64,000 nt of DNA, from the IMG/VR virus record IMGVR_UViG_3300042387_002391. One strand, 5' to 3'. Both the position numbers and the translations under genes were made by a program. The notes below the pieces were generated by a model. That model worked only from the letters and a program-made list of their open reading frames with translations. It did no database searches and was not told where the DNA came from. Origin of the DNA: a virus. Of the stretch, positions 20,198 to 30,693 are shown one piece after another (the first letter of the stretch is position 1; each line of letters begins with the position of its first letter).

Positions 20198-20593
20198 TTA
20201 ATTTTTCTCCAGTTCATTATTTAAAAGTTCACTATTTTCGAAGATATTTCCAATTACTTTAAAGTTCGGCAAATTAGTTATCAAAGGTGTACCATATAAT
20301 CTTGCATCTTCCATCTCCCAAAAATTATTACGCCACCTTACAGTTTGAGTATAAACAATACCATCTAGCTCATATCTTACTATGTCGCCTTCATAAATAT
20401 CATTGCTTTCATAGTCTTTTAGTCCAGTAAATTGCTGGATAACATATAGTTCAGAAGGAATATCCCATTCCATTGTACTCCAAGGGGCAGCATGGACTTT
20501 CTTGCCATCCATTTGAAGATATTGACTATCTTCACATAGCCAGCGTTTCATTAAGTTGCTCCAAATGCGGAATTTTAGTTCTCTGTTTTTCAT
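20198..20593 (-). CDS. YopX family protein
   Basis: RELKFRIW...QQFTGLKD...IYEGDIV...KVIGNIFEN; start set by the leaderless promoter. Confidence 0.9.
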   Translation of the reverse strand: MKNRELKFRIWSNLMKRWLCEDSQYLQMDGKKVHAAPWSTMEWDIPSELYVIQQFTGLKDYESNDIYEGDIVRYELDGIVYTQTVRWRNNFWEMEDARLYGTPLITNLPNFKVIGNIFENSELLNNELEKN

Positions 20594-20600
20594 ATGTTTG

Positions 20601-20629
20601 ATATTATATTTTATTTCTGCAAATGTCAA
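20601..20629 (-). promoter_or_regulatory. Sigma70-type leaderless promoter
   Basis: TTGACA-N17-TAATAT-N7-ATG; the -35 contains the upstream TGA stop. Confidence 0.75.
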
Positions 20630-20961
20630 TTTTTATTGTTTAAAAGTTTACTATTTTCGAAAATATTTCCAACTATTTCTATAATGTTATCAATTTCTGA
20701 TATAGGAACAACATCTCCATAACCTTCGTCAATATAAAACATACCCATATCAAAAACAACTTCTCTAATACGATCTCCTATTATTATGATGTCTCCGTCA
20801 TAAATTTCTTTACCTTTGCGATCTGTCATACCAGAATATTGTTGCACTTCGCACCAATATAAAGGAAAAGAATATTGAGCAAAATCTTTGAATTCGACAT
20901 TGTAATCAAATTTTTTCTGATCGTAATACCAGACTCGAAATTTTAATGTTCTTTTATTCAT
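20626..20961 (-). CDS. YopX family protein
   Basis: RTLKFRVW...QQYSGMTDRKGKEIYDGDI...EIVGNIFEN. Confidence 0.9.
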   Translation of the reverse strand: MNKRTLKFRVWYYDQKKFDYNVEFKDFAQYSFPLYWCEVQQYSGMTDRKGKEIYDGDIIIIGDRIREVVFDMGMFYIDEGYGDVVPISEIDNIIEIVGNIFENSKLLNNKN

Positions 20962-21349
20962 TATCAAAAACAGTCCCGATTACTTCATCAAATACATTAA
21001 TTAGTCCAATTGGATTACCTGATTCATCAAATCTGTATGTGGTAATTGGATATGATTTACCATTAGTATCCTTTAATCTGAAAGAACCCAAATTATAATC
21101 AAAATAAACTTCTGCTATTTTTCCTTCATATATTATTCTTACTACATCACCTTCCCAAACTTCATTTCCTTTAGAATCTATGAACCCAGTAAATTGCTGA
21201 ACAATAAATCTATCTGGTTTATTCAAAATTTCATTTAAAGTATAAGGAATACCTGTAACGTCTCCGATATGATAATACGTCGATGATTGAGATAAAAAGT
21301 TCTTATTTTTAATATCCCATACTCGAAATTTTAATGTTCTTTTATTCAT
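20954..21349 (-). CDS. YopX family protein
   Basis: RTLKFRVWD...QQFTGFIDSKGNEVWEGDVV...EVIG. Confidence 0.9.
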   Translation of the reverse strand: MNKRTLKFRVWDIKNKNFLSQSSTYYHIGDVTGIPYTLNEILNKPDRFIVQQFTGFIDSKGNEVWEGDVVRIIYEGKIAEVYFDYNLGSFRLKDTNGKSYPITTYRFDESGNPIGLINVFDEVIGTVFDNE

Positions 21350-21796
21350 TTAATTTGTATCAATTTTCCGCTTTTATCGTATGCGATTGGGTCAAAGTAT
21401 ATGTTTCCTTCAGATGTCTTAGCAAAGACTTTTTTAATCTCGCTTGTAAATGGATTAATAATTTTATAAAGAGAAGCATAAAAAGATTCTTTTTTATTGC
21501 TCCAAATCCACTGAGATTCCATTTCAATAACCTTAATATAAACTTCTTCGGTAGGTTCTTTTGCAAAAATTTTCTTGTACCAAGGCAGCTTTTTGAATTT
21601 TATTTTTTCGTCTGTCATGGTTTTGTCCAAATTATCTGCCCATCTTCAACTTTCTGTACTAGACCTGCTTTTACAAATTCTAGTTGATTTTGCTGTTTTA
21701 GATAGTTGGTTACTATTGAATATGTAAAAATTATAACAATTGCTACTAAAATGTATACAAAACAAATTACATCTCTATGTGATGCGGATTGGTTAC

Positions 21797-22132
21797 TCAC
21801 AGAAGCTCCTTTGCTATAGCAAGTGCTTTATTTGCCTTTTCAACATAAGTTTCAATATAATAATTGTCCATACAAGATCCATCGCATGATGACCATGGTC
21901 CGCACGAGCCTTCATGTGCTTTAGGTGGACAATAATGTTCAGCAATTCGCACTAAATCAGGCATAGCGTCTCGTAGTTCTATAGCCACTCCTCTTGCCTC
22001 ATCACGCTGACGTTCCAAATTACTAATCCTTCGTGCAACTTCGTTAAATATCTCTTCTTGATCTGTGGTTGGACAATCTCGCAAAAGACAGATAAAGTCA
22101 GAGTTTGTCATTTCATAAAATTCTGTATTCAT
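21797..22132 (-). CDS. Hypothetical Cys-containing protein
   Basis: ERQRDEAR motif; promoter TTGACG-N17-TAATAT-N7-ATG at 22140-22168. Confidence 0.65.
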   Translation of the reverse strand: MNTEFYEMTNSDFICLLRDCPTTDQEEIFNEVARRISNLERQRDEARGVAIELRDAMPDLVRIAEHYCPPKAHEGSCGPWSSCDGSCMDNYYIETYVEKANKALAIAKELL

Positions 22133-22384
22133 ATGCTTGATATTAGAGATTGTTTGATGAAACGTCAAGAATTATTTTAAAAAGACTGCATTCGTTTTGA
22201 GTACATCGTCAGTGCCAATTTATTCGTTCAAAAACAACTGCTAATCTACCCCATAACCATACAATCTGATTCCCTGAGTAGAATTTAAACTTGTGAATTT
22301 TCAGCCACGACCAGCCATACCCTCTTGAGTGCCAGTCAATTCGTTCAAGTTTCCAGTTCATTTTCATAGGTTTAATATTATAGA

Positions 22385-22654
22385 TTATTTTGGAAACGTC
22401 AAACTTTTTACCGTATTTCTTTCCATCCTCATAATATTTCCCCAATAGTGAAATCTTCTGTCATAGTATTGAGTCTTTTCAATTACTTTAAGAGATGCTT
22501 CTGCTTGCTCTTCAGCTAAAGAAAAAGCCTCATCAACTCCGCATATTTTTGTTAGCTCTACCACTTATCTAATATAAGGTGATTCGTTTGTTAGTTTACA
22601 CAGATTAACTAGTTTATTCATCGCATCGAGATTATTGATTTCTTCGTCTGTCAT
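22385..22654 (-). pseudogene. Degenerate MTNEQIN-family gene with in-frame TAA
   Basis: MTDEEINNLDAM...YIR*VVEL...AEEQAEASLKVIEK; TAA at 22565-22567. Confidence 0.55.
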
Positions 22655-22664
22655 ATGTTATTGT

Positions 22665-23054
22665 TTACAAAGTTCCTCCTTTTAGAACAGTTTCTCCAAT
22701 AGTAAAATCAAATCCATGGCCATAATAACCATTGTGAGAATTAAAAATATGAATGTATTTTTCAGCTCCATCTTTTGTAATTTTAAAGATTGCTATTCCT
22801 CCCTCATCCAAATCTTTATGACTTTCAATGAGTAATTGAAAATTAGTATCAAAAACCCAACCATCATACCCTTCTGTTTTCTGATAGTTAGAAATATCTT
22901 CTGGTAAGCGAGTTTGCCAAGGAGTATCGTCAATAAACCAGTCTGCATATTCGCAGCAGTCTTGACTCATATCGTACCCTAGAAAAACATTGTTTTCGTC
23001 AACAAAGTTTATTTTGTTACTCCAACGGTTAGGATTTTGTAAGAATATTTTCAT
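22665..23054 (-). CDS. Hypothetical phage protein
   Basis: QDCCE and NSHNGYYGH motifs; promoter TTGACA-N17-TACTAT-N7-ATG at 23062-23090. Confidence 0.7.
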   Translation of the reverse strand: MKIFLQNPNRWSNKINFVDENNVFLGYDMSQDCCEYADWFIDDTPWQTRLPEDISNYQKTEGYDGWVFDTNFQLLIESHKDLDEGGIAIFKITKDGAEKYIHIFNSHNGYYGHGFDFTIGETVLKGGTL

Positions 23055-23093
23055 GCGTTTAATAGTATAATGTGTTTATGGATATGTCAAGTT

Positions 23094-23510
23094 TTATTCT
23101 TCCCATTTTCCGATTGTTTTCAGAAAAGCCTCGGCGCGTTGAATTGCAGTAGCGTGAATGTTTAGGAATTGGTCATTTAAATCCAAGGTTGGGCTTGTGT
23201 CTAATACTTGCGCGAGCATGAACGCAAAAAGCGTTTTTCTGTTTTCAGGTAATCCCTTCTCCGCTTCGTGCATGGCGTTGAGGTCGTTGCAGTAGTCGGG
23301 AATATGATCAATACTGATATGCCCATCTCCATGCCAACCGTATTTAGTGCATTCGTCCTCTGTCATATCAGTTGATGACGTTAAGCTCCAAATGGGAGTG
23401 TGATACCTAGCTGGGGTTCGCCCCCATGATTTAGGATAAGTGGTGAATTGCGTGAATTTAAGCCATCCACACGCCTCTGCGATTGCGATATTGATTTCTT
23501 TGTTTGTCAT
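23094..23510 (-). CDS. Hypothetical protein, MTNEQIN family
   Basis: MTNKEINIAIAEACGW...PDYCNDLNAMHEAEK...QRAEAFLKTIGKWEE. Confidence 0.75.
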   Translation of the reverse strand: MTNKEINIAIAEACGWLKFTQFTTYPKSWGRTPARYHTPIWSLTSSTDMTEDECTKYGWHGDGHISIDHIPDYCNDLNAMHEAEKGLPENRKTLFAFMLAQVLDTSPTLDLNDQFLNIHATAIQRAEAFLKTIGKWEE

Positions 23511-23517
23511 GGTTTAG

Positions 23518-23546
23518 ATATTAGAGATTGTTTGAGGAATAGTCAA
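23518..23546 (-). promoter_or_regulatory. Sigma70-type leaderless promoter
   Basis: TTGACT-N17-TAATAT-N7-ATG; near-identical to the copies at 18491, 22140 and 24906. Confidence 0.8.
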
Positions 23547-23809
23547 TCTTTTTCTATTAATTCGTAGCTTTCCCATTCATAGAATCCTTTGTTTTTGCAA
23601 CAAACTAAGCCGCCTCGTCCTAGACATATATCACAAACTTTTTTATTTTTTTGTATATTAAGTGATTTTATAATTCCATTTCCTGTACACATACTACATG
23701 AAGTTGTAGTATAATGTCCACAGAAATACTCAACTTCTCCTTGTCCTTTACATGAAGGACAAATCAAAAGATTATTTGTTTTTATCAGATTTTTAATAGC
23801 TGATGTCAT
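23543..23809 (-). CDS. DnaJ-type zinc finger protein
   Basis: Three CxxCxGxG motifs. Confidence 0.7.
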   Translation of the reverse strand: MTSAIKNLIKTNNLLICPSCKGQGEVEYFCGHYTTTSCSMCTGNGIIKSLNIQKNKKVCDICLGRGGLVCCKNKGFYEWESYELIEKD

Positions 23810-24122
23810 ATTCTTTTGTTTCTAATCTATCCTTTAACCAAGCCTTCAATGCCCAATGGTAATATGTATAATTTGGATCCCCTTCATAATGAAAGAAAGC
23901 ATGACCAAGATCAAATATAACTTCTCTATAAATCTTTTCTTTTAATCTTTTTAAATGTCTACAGGTAACACTTCCCAAACAAATCGAAGACTCCATACCA
24001 AAGTCCCATACAAAATGCACTGCTCCTGTTTTTCTATCAACATAATAAACATCAAAATAGATAGGTTCTTTGCAAGTGAAATGACCTAATTCTTGGAATG
24101 TTTCTGGAAGATAGAGTTTCAT
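23793..24122 (-). CDS. Hypothetical protein, near-identical to 38846-39181
   Basis: 6 substitutions in the first 104 aa. Confidence 0.8.
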   Translation of the reverse strand: MKLYLPETFQELGHFTCKEPIYFDVYYVDRKTGAVHFVWDFGMESSICLGSVTCRHLKRLKEKIYREVIFDLGHAFFHYEGDPNYTYYHWALKAWLKDRLETKEYDISY

Positions 24123-24417
24123 TCTTTAAATGATACTTTGACTAGTTGATGACCAGCCAATGCAAGAAATAAAATACTGATTAAAATATTCATATTAATA
24201 TCTTTACTATGAAACATTACGCTACCAATTAAACAAAAAAAGAAGTACCCAAATACTCTGGATGCAATTAATAGATGATCTCGTATTAAATCCGACATAC
24301 ATGAGTATATCGTGTCTTTCTGTCTTTTTTCAGATTCTAATTGAATTGTTTGTTGTCTACTCTGAAAACATTTAAAACACCCACATCTATAAAGATGTAC
24401 TTTTGCATTATATTCTT

Positions 24418-24681
24418 TCACTGTTGTTCAATTGTGACTGTTCCTGAAATTCTAACCAGCTTTCCATTCACCACAAAGAACCAACCATCCGAGCTTGATT
24501 CTGTATTTACAAACCCTTCAACTTTATATGTCCTTACAGCTTGTCCACCGGACCAAACTGTGACAATATATGTTCCACTAGAAAGACCATTCAAAGTTTT
24601 ATTGAGACTATTTTGAAATCCTCCACAACCTGTAAGAAGAATTGTAGACGCGATTGTTGTTATTAGTATTAGTTTTTTCAT
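24418..24681 (-). CDS. Small lipoprotein
   Basis: MKK + hydrophobic stretch + LLTGC lipobox. Confidence 0.7.
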   Translation of the reverse strand: MKKLILITTIASTILLTGCGGFQNSLNKTLNGLSSGTYIVTVWSGGQAVRTYKVEGFVNTESSSDGWFFVVNGKLVRISGTVTIEQQ

Positions 24682-24930
24682 ATTATTTCCAAGTAAAAAC
24701 TGCTTCCTTCGAAATTGGTGTAGGCAGTTTCATTTCAGCATATCCCCTTTTGATTGCCTCTTCTTGTCGAGGATTTGTTACATAATTTGAGATTAAAGAT
24801 CCCATAAAGAGACAACCTAAAAATAATCCGATAAAAAATGCTGATAGTGTTTCTTTCATATTATTCTCTGATATCTTTAAAAAAGCATTTCTTCATATAG
24901 AGATTATTGTAGAGATTGTTTGAGGAATAG

Positions 24931-25785
24931 TCAAGAATTATTTTCTTTTTTATATTTCTCGAAATAATCTGTAGTTGCTTGTGGAGGATTAAAAGTTTCT
25001 GATGACATTTTTGGATAAGGATTTAAATCTTCATTTAGTTTGGGAAGTAAATTCAAACCATCAACGATTCTTTTAAGATTATTGTAAGTGTACATACTGT
25101 ACATATCAGGTATATCGACTTTTCCTTCACCAAGAACATAAGAAGGAAGTTTACTACATATGCTAAATTTAGGAACGCTTAGAGTTTGTCTTAGATATAA
25201 CTTCCATCTATCATTTTGGAAGAATTCTAAATAATACATGCAATTATTTTCTGCATAGTTTTTAGGATAATATTCATCGGGATATAGTTGTTTGGTCAAA
25301 TCTTCCCAATCTTCATCAGTCATTCTTGGATCACAATTATCACAAACTTCAGATGGTCTAGCTACCGTAAAACCACTGATAAAAGGATCATTCGAAAAAG
25401 GAAAAGGTTTTTTTGACGCCAGATCGCTACTTGGATCATCTTTATCTTCCGTTTCTACGTTTGCTCCATAAGTCCAATAGTTTTCTTTAAATTTTTGCCA
25501 TTTAATCATGTTTTCATAATCTTGAACATCTTCTTTTGTGACAATATTTTTATTCTCATGTTCAATGTCTTCTTTTGTAAAAAAATCTGATTTAAGATTT
25601 TCAACAGTATCCACAACATATATAGAATCTATTTCGTGCCACTGAGACAAACTATTTTTATTTTTAATATTTACATATTTTTTAGAGTCTGAATAACCTA
25701 AAATTTCACCTTCATATAAGGAACCTACCTTACTAAAAAGTCTGTAGATAACAGTTGTTCCGTTGTTGTAATCTTCTGGTTTCAT
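24931..25785 (-). CDS. Hypothetical protein
   Basis: 284 aa ORF. Confidence 0.65.
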   Translation of the reverse strand: MKPEDYNNGTTVIYRLFSKVGSLYEGEILGYSDSKKYVNIKNKNSLSQWHEIDSIYVVDTVENLKSDFFTKEDIEHENKNIVTKEDVQDYENMIKWQKFKENYWTYGANVETEDKDDPSSDLASKKPFPFSNDPFISGFTVARPSEVCDNCDPRMTDEDWEDLTKQLYPDEYYPKNYAENNCMYYLEFFQNDRWKLYLRQTLSVPKFSICSKLPSYVLGEGKVDIPDMYSMYTYNNLKRIVDGLNLLPKLNEDLNPYPKMSSETFNPPQATTDYFEKYKKENNS

Positions 25786-26210
25786 TATTTGTATATTTTT
25801 CTAAAACATCCTTTTTTTACGAGTTTATTCATAATTTCCTCTGTATAAGCAAAAACAAAATATCCTTCATCTTTAAATTTTTGTATGTTTACATTATAGA
25901 AGCTGTTTGTTTTTTTGTCTTTAACGAAAATCTCCCCATCTTCAACTCTCTCGTAGTAGGTTTCTTCATTATTTGTTTTTTGAGTAGCACCAATAAAGGG
26001 AGCTTGAGAATCCTTAAAATACTTCTCCAATTCTTTTTTAGGAAGATGGTCTAGAAGAATGTCCTTACAATTTAAGATTTCTAAATCTACTTTTCTTCCC
26101 TTTAGTTCTTCAAAAGTATAATCACAAGCTGTAATTGTCGAGCAAATCTTTTCCAGATTTTCTGTCTCTCTGACAATTATTTCAAATACATATTTTTTGT
26201 CTTTATTCAT
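25785..26210 (-). CDS. Hypothetical protein; C-terminal half similar to 36126-36398
   Basis: YERVEDGEIFV vs YERIDDGELFV; KFKDxG. Confidence 0.65.
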   Translation of the reverse strand: MNKDKKYVFEIIVRETENLEKICSTITACDYTFEELKGRKVDLEILNCKDILLDHLPKKELEKYFKDSQAPFIGATQKTNNEETYYERVEDGEIFVKDKKTNSFYNVNIQKFKDEGYFVFAYTEEIMNKLVKKGCFRKIYK

Positions 26211-26270
26211 TTTAAAATATCTTTGACTTGTTCTAGTGTCTCAAATACGAAATTTTAGTTGTCTGTTCAT
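26211..26270 (-). pseudogene. YopX N-terminal remnant
   Basis: MNRQLKFRI*DTRT with TGA at the conserved Trp. Confidence 0.6.
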
Positions 26271-26680
26271 TGTTTTAAAAGTTCACTATGTTCAAAAATA
26301 TTTCCAATTACTTCAATTTTTCCACCTTGACCGTTTAAATCGTAAACCCTAAAACCAGGATGATTAACCTCACCCTCTCTAGTCCACCTAATTACGGACA
26401 TGTTATCTGGGAGATTGGGATTTTCATATCCTTTTCTACTATATCTTGGTTGTTCTGGATACTCATGCCGTATAATATCACCTTCGTAAATCTCTTTTCC
26501 GTCTCTGTCTTTTAGTCCAGTAAATTGCTGGACAATATACTCATCCCCACCAGAACCATTCTGAAGGTTTTGAAATTGTCCATTCAAAGTAAGAACATAA
26601 TGTCCTTGATATCCTTTATCTGGATAGGTGAATTGTTTTGCTAGTTTATCCCAACAGCGGAATTTAAGTTGTCTTTGCAT
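26267..26680 (-). CDS. YopX family protein
   Basis: RQLKFRCWD...QQFTGLKDRDGKEIYEGDII...EVIGNIFEH. Confidence 0.9.
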   Translation of the reverse strand: MQRQLKFRCWDKLAKQFTYPDKGYQGHYVLTLNGQFQNLQNGSGGDEYIVQQFTGLKDRDGKEIYEGDIIRHEYPEQPRYSRKGYENPNLPDNMSVIRWTREGEVNHPGFRVYDLNGQGGKIEVIGNIFEHSELLKQ

Positions 26681-27158
26681 AATAATCTAAAGCTTCTTGA
26701 TACTGCTTTTCATTATACGAACCATCTTCATAACTGTCAACATAAAAAGTTTTAGGTATAAGAGGAAATTTGACATTCATTTTGGATTTTCCGTTTGTGT
26801 AGCAATCTCCATCTGAATCTCTCCATACTACAGCTTCTATGTAATAAGATGACCCATCTGAATTTTTAAATACTGCACCATTTCTTATGTTTTGATATTT
26901 TGGATCATCTCCTAAACTAGAAATATCTCCCCATTCATTATCTTCTCCAGTGAGAGGAGTTAATGTTTCAAAATTTGCTAAAGTTTTAAACATATTTGCA
27001 ACATAAGGAGCACTGAAACCAGAATGTCCTTGTTTTGAAAATACTTCAATAAGCTCCAGAATACAATCATATGCTAATTTGTTATAACCTTCTTTTAGGT
27101 CTTCTTCTGAATAGATAAGACCAAGTTCTTTTTTTGCGTGTGTTATTAAGTTACTCAT
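26664..27158 (-). CDS. Conserved hypothetical phage protein
   Basis: FSKQGHSGFSA...LTPLTGEDNEW. Confidence 0.7.
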   Translation of the reverse strand: MSNLITHAKKELGLIYSEEDLKEGYNKLAYDCILELIEVFSKQGHSGFSAPYVANMFKTLANFETLTPLTGEDNEWGDISSLGDDPKYQNIRNGAVFKNSDGSSYYIEAVVWRDSDGDCYTNGKSKMNVKFPLIPKTFYVDSYEDGSYNEKQYQEALDYYAKTT

Positions 27159-27162
27159 ATTT

Positions 27163-27390
27163 TTAATTTGGTATATATTTTTTCCAATTTTTTATTAAAG
27201 TTATCGGAATTTCTCCGTTTGAATTCTCCCATTCTTTTTTGGTAACATAAATCCACGGACTTCGGCAACCGCATGAATCACAGGATATTGCAGACGGTAT
27301 TCCTTCTCTGTCTTCGCAATCAAACTGAACAGGAACAAAATTATGCTCGTCAGAAGTTCTGCAAAATGGGCAAGTTAAATTATATTTCAT
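27163..27390 (-). CDS. Lar-like zinc-ribbon protein
   Basis: CPFC...CDSCG; promoter TTGACT-N17-TAGTAT-N7-ATG at 27398-27426. Confidence 0.55.
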   Translation of the reverse strand: MKYNLTCPFCRTSDEHNFVPVQFDCEDREGIPSAISCDSCGCRSPWIYVTKKEWENSNGEIPITLIKNWKKYIPN

Positions 27391-27422
27391 TTTTTAAATA
27401 CTATACTTTTTCCATCTTAAAG

Positions 27423-27833
27423 TCAAGCTTCAAAATCTGCTAAAGAAAACCATTGTCTCTTGTTTCTCATTTCTTCAATCTTCCAATATGGAACTCCGTG
27501 TTCGTTTTGATATTCTCCTGTCATATGATGAATCTCTACATTATAGCCATATTTTCTTGTCAAGTCAATATAAGGTTTTGCTTCTTTTTTGGTAAGAGTA
27601 GTATTAGAGACAATAACATCTTCCCCTCTCTGCATAGACTCTTCTGTGCTTTTTTGGCACTCTGTATGACAATAACTAAGCCTTTTAGGATCAAAAAAAT
27701 AGTTACCATACAGATCAACCATCCATTGATCTGCTTCAAAATGATTTGTAATGCCTTTCTCTTTTTTAAGTTTATTGGCAAAAGTAGTTTTTCCTGAACC
27801 ACTTGGACCACAGATAAGATAAAGAGTTTTCAT
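27423..27833 (-). CDS. P-loop kinase (AAA_33), paralog of 10207-10611
   Basis: GPSGSGKT, FEADQW, SNTTLTKKEA, HGVP. Confidence 0.85.
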   Translation of the reverse strand: MKTLYLICGPSGSGKTTFANKLKKEKGITNHFEADQWMVDLYGNYFFDPKRLSYCHTECQKSTEESMQRGEDVIVSNTTLTKKEAKPYIDLTRKYGYNVEIHHMTGEYQNEHGVPYWKIEEMRNKRQWFSLADFEA

Positions 27834-28519
27834 TAAAACGGATTTAAAGTGTCTTTAGTATGGTGATCGAATGTTTTATTTTCTTTTTCTTTAAACCGCA
27901 TTCTAAGTTGAGGAAAACTTATAGGTTCACTAACTTCTTCTACTCCCACGTCTCTAATCTTACAATGTATGTATAGAGTTTTTCCAATATCACTATTCCA
28001 CAAATTACCATGACAGTGTCCATGAATCATCCAACTTCCTTTTGCCTGACCATTCCACGAAACTAATGGGTAATGAGAAAGCACAATAGGTTGACCGCAA
28101 ATCATAATTTCCAAATAATTTGGAACAAAATAAACTCTTTTATTATTAAAATCGAGATACCTAGTTCCGTTTTCTTCAGATGATTTACTTAACAATTGTT
28201 TGTAACCAGCTGAATGATTACCAGAAAAAAGATAAAGAGTCTTGAATGTCAACCTATTGAGAGTATCTGTTAATCTTTCTTCTCCTTTAGTACCAAACAT
28301 TATATCGCCTAAATGAAATATCTCAGATTCTTCTCCAATATTATCATTCCACCTTTTAATAAGAGTTTCGTCATGCTCTTCAATAGAGTTAAAACCTCTA
28401 TTTTTCCATAAAGGAGTTTCCCAGTGTTCGCACTTATGACCCAAGTGCATGTCAGACCAAAACCAAACACTAGTATGTTCGATTTTAATAGGTTCCCAAA
28501 AATAGTTAGATAGTTTCAT
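27833..28519 (-). CDS. Calcineurin-like metallophosphoesterase
   Basis: SDMHLGH, HLGD, GNH, SHYP, HGHCH. Confidence 0.85.
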   Translation of the reverse strand: MKLSNYFWEPIKIEHTSVWFWSDMHLGHKCEHWETPLWKNRGFNSIEEHDETLIKRWNDNIGEESEIFHLGDIMFGTKGEERLTDTLNRLTFKTLYLFSGNHSAGYKQLLSKSSEENGTRYLDFNNKRVYFVPNYLEIMICGQPIVLSHYPLVSWNGQAKGSWMIHGHCHGNLWNSDIGKTLYIHCKIRDVGVEEVSEPISFPQLRMRFKEKENKTFDHHTKDTLNPF

Positions 28520-29773
28520 TAATTACGCAATTCTGTAATCTCTATAGCTACAATCACATCCCACATTTCTTTGAGGTGGATAAGAAGTCAAGATCATACA
28601 ATCCAAATCATTCATTTCTTTTCCACATTTTGGGCAAGCAATTCCGTTTGGCTGTGGGTAGGTGTTAATTTCAAAGAAATTTGAAACAGCTTCTTGATTG
28701 TGTTCGTCAAGAGTTTTCATGAATTAATTTCCGTATCCAAAAAAGTTATAAATTCTAAAATAACCATCGCTAAAGTTATTTTGTTTATGATATGAATTAT
28801 AAGAAATTTTAGGTTTCCAAGAACCTCTTTCAATTTGAAAATGCCAAGCGAAAAGTCTGATGTTTATTATTGTGTTGTCCATAATTTTTTAAATTTAAAT
28901 CCAAAAATCCATTCCATCATCTTTCTGTGAAAGATATTAGGTGTTTTGGTAAGAAAGAATATTACATCATCGTTACCAAATGGTCTACATTCGCATTCAA
29001 CTTTTTTTGGTTTATTGAAAATATTGTCCTGTATATATATTAAATCTTCTTTAACGGATGTCAATAGATATTTTGAATTATCATCCATGTTTCTAATTTA
29101 GTCTTCAACCCCAATAGGTTCTCTCCAATTCACTACTCATAATTTTTACGAACTATATTTTTTGTAATCGCTAAAAGCCTGATCTAAACTATCTTTTAAA
29201 GATAGTGCTTCTTCAAAAGATAGAATTCTTCGACTTCTTTCTGTATCGCTTTCAATTGTAAATTCAAAACCAAATTCTTTGTTAAGAATCATTTTAGCTA
29301 GTTCGTTTTCGCTGTACTTTTTAGCGTATAAATTTACTGTAATTTTATTTTTCATGTTTTTCAACTTCATCCAATGGATTAAATCTACTTCCACAAAAAC
29401 TTGAAACTAATTCTATAACAGCATTTTCTCCATATGTCTGTTTTAAATTTTCTTGTGCTTCTTCCCAAGTCCAATTTTCTTCACGTGCAGCTCTTAAAAG
29501 CTCGCTATTTACTTTTGCTGTATATATTGTCATAAATTATATTTCTTTCTAGTTAATCTTTTTGAATTGCTTCTAATTTTCCGAAAACATGAACGTCATT
29601 TGGATATTTTTCCATTTCTTCGTTTAAAAATGGAGTATCTGGTATCGTATTAAAATTGCCTGCATCAACATTTTCTTTTATAAATGCACAACCCTGATCA
29701 ATACTAACATCAGGAAACCAGCGAATTACTTTGTGTTTGTAAAATAAAAATACATCATTGTCGTTCATACTTT

Positions 29774-29817
29774 ATATTTTTTCCTCTCAAGTCTAACTTC
29801 CTTTCTCTTCAAGTCAA
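29774..29817 (-). repeat. Promoter plus leader cassette repeated at about 31298-31341
   Basis: TTGACN-N16-TAGACT then tgagaggaaaaaatat in both copies. Confidence 0.7.
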
Positions 29818-30120
29818 GTTTTTTTGTTTTGAAGTATCGTATTTTACCCAAGTGCCTTTATCATAATCCCAATGTCTATTATCATAAATTTTCAATACTA
29901 ATTCCCAACCAAAAAAATCTAATGCTAAAGAGGGTCCAGCATGATCACAGCCCCGAAAGCTCAAATCAACAGAAAAAGAAAACAAGTTGTAAAACGCAAG
30001 TCTTGAAAATTGAAATTCGAATGTTTTATGTTTAGTTAAAGAAATGGTTTTATATACGTTGTATGTATCACTAATGTCTTTTGCAAAAGGGTTTTTAATT
30101 GTAAATGAAAATGTAATCAT
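29809..30120 (-). CDS. Hypothetical protein, paralog of 54947-55234
   Basis: DHAG...FGWEL...YDxRHWDY. Confidence 0.7.
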   Translation of the reverse strand: MITFSFTIKNPFAKDISDTYNVYKTISLTKHKTFEFQFSRLAFYNLFSFSVDLSFRGCDHAGPSLALDFFGWELVLKIYDNRHWDYDKGTWVKYDTSKQKNLT

Positions 30121-30153
30121 ATTTTGATATTAGAATTTTAACAACGTTTCCTT

Positions 30154-30693
30154 TCAAGCCAAGCTTGTTGATTTAAAAGCGTTCATAATCAAATTTTTTT
30201 TATTAGTAAAGAATTTGCTAATTTTCGGTTTGAATAGATGAAGTTTTAGAATAAGATTGCTATAATAGTATTCAAATTTACAGCAAAATTTTAACCCATC
30301 AAAATATCTCATTCCGTATAGTGTTTCATCTCTTCTTTTAAACATTTTATAAATAACAATTCCTTTATTGTTGTCAATAAAGCTTGTCATTTCTTCTATA
30401 GTTTTAAACCTTTGTATAGTTGCTGCATAAGGTTTCTTTTTATAAGGGAAGTTATAACCAATTGTTACAGGAAACTTGTGACTAGAAAGATATGCTTTAC
30501 CTTTTATAATTTCTTTGATCTCTTTATCTGTATAATCATAGGTAATATCTTCATAAGTTGTATTGAGAGGAACTTCATAATTTGTACAAGAATCTTCAAA
30601 TTTTTTTAAGTCATCTAAAACTTTTACGTTAATGTAATTAAATTCACGATTAAATGCTGATAAAGGAGGTGGTGTTGTATCGTTTTCGTTCAT
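30154..30693 (-). CDS. Hypothetical protein
   Basis: 179 aa ORF. Confidence 0.6.
   Translation of the reverse strand: MNENDTTPPPLSAFNREFNYINVKVLDDLKKFEDSCTNYEVPLNTTYEDITYDYTDKEIKEIIKGKAYLSSHKFPVTIGYNFPYKKKPYAATIQRFKTIEEMTSFIDNNKGIVIYKMFKRRDETLYGMRYFDGLKFCCKFEYYYSNLILKLHLFKPKISKFFTNKKNLIMNAFKSTSLA

Noticed and set aside
18481-24934. Repeated ~40-bp intergenic sequences as CRISPR repeats or integron attC sites
   Set aside because: Irregular kb-scale spacing, not palindromic, and fully explained as -35/-10 promoters
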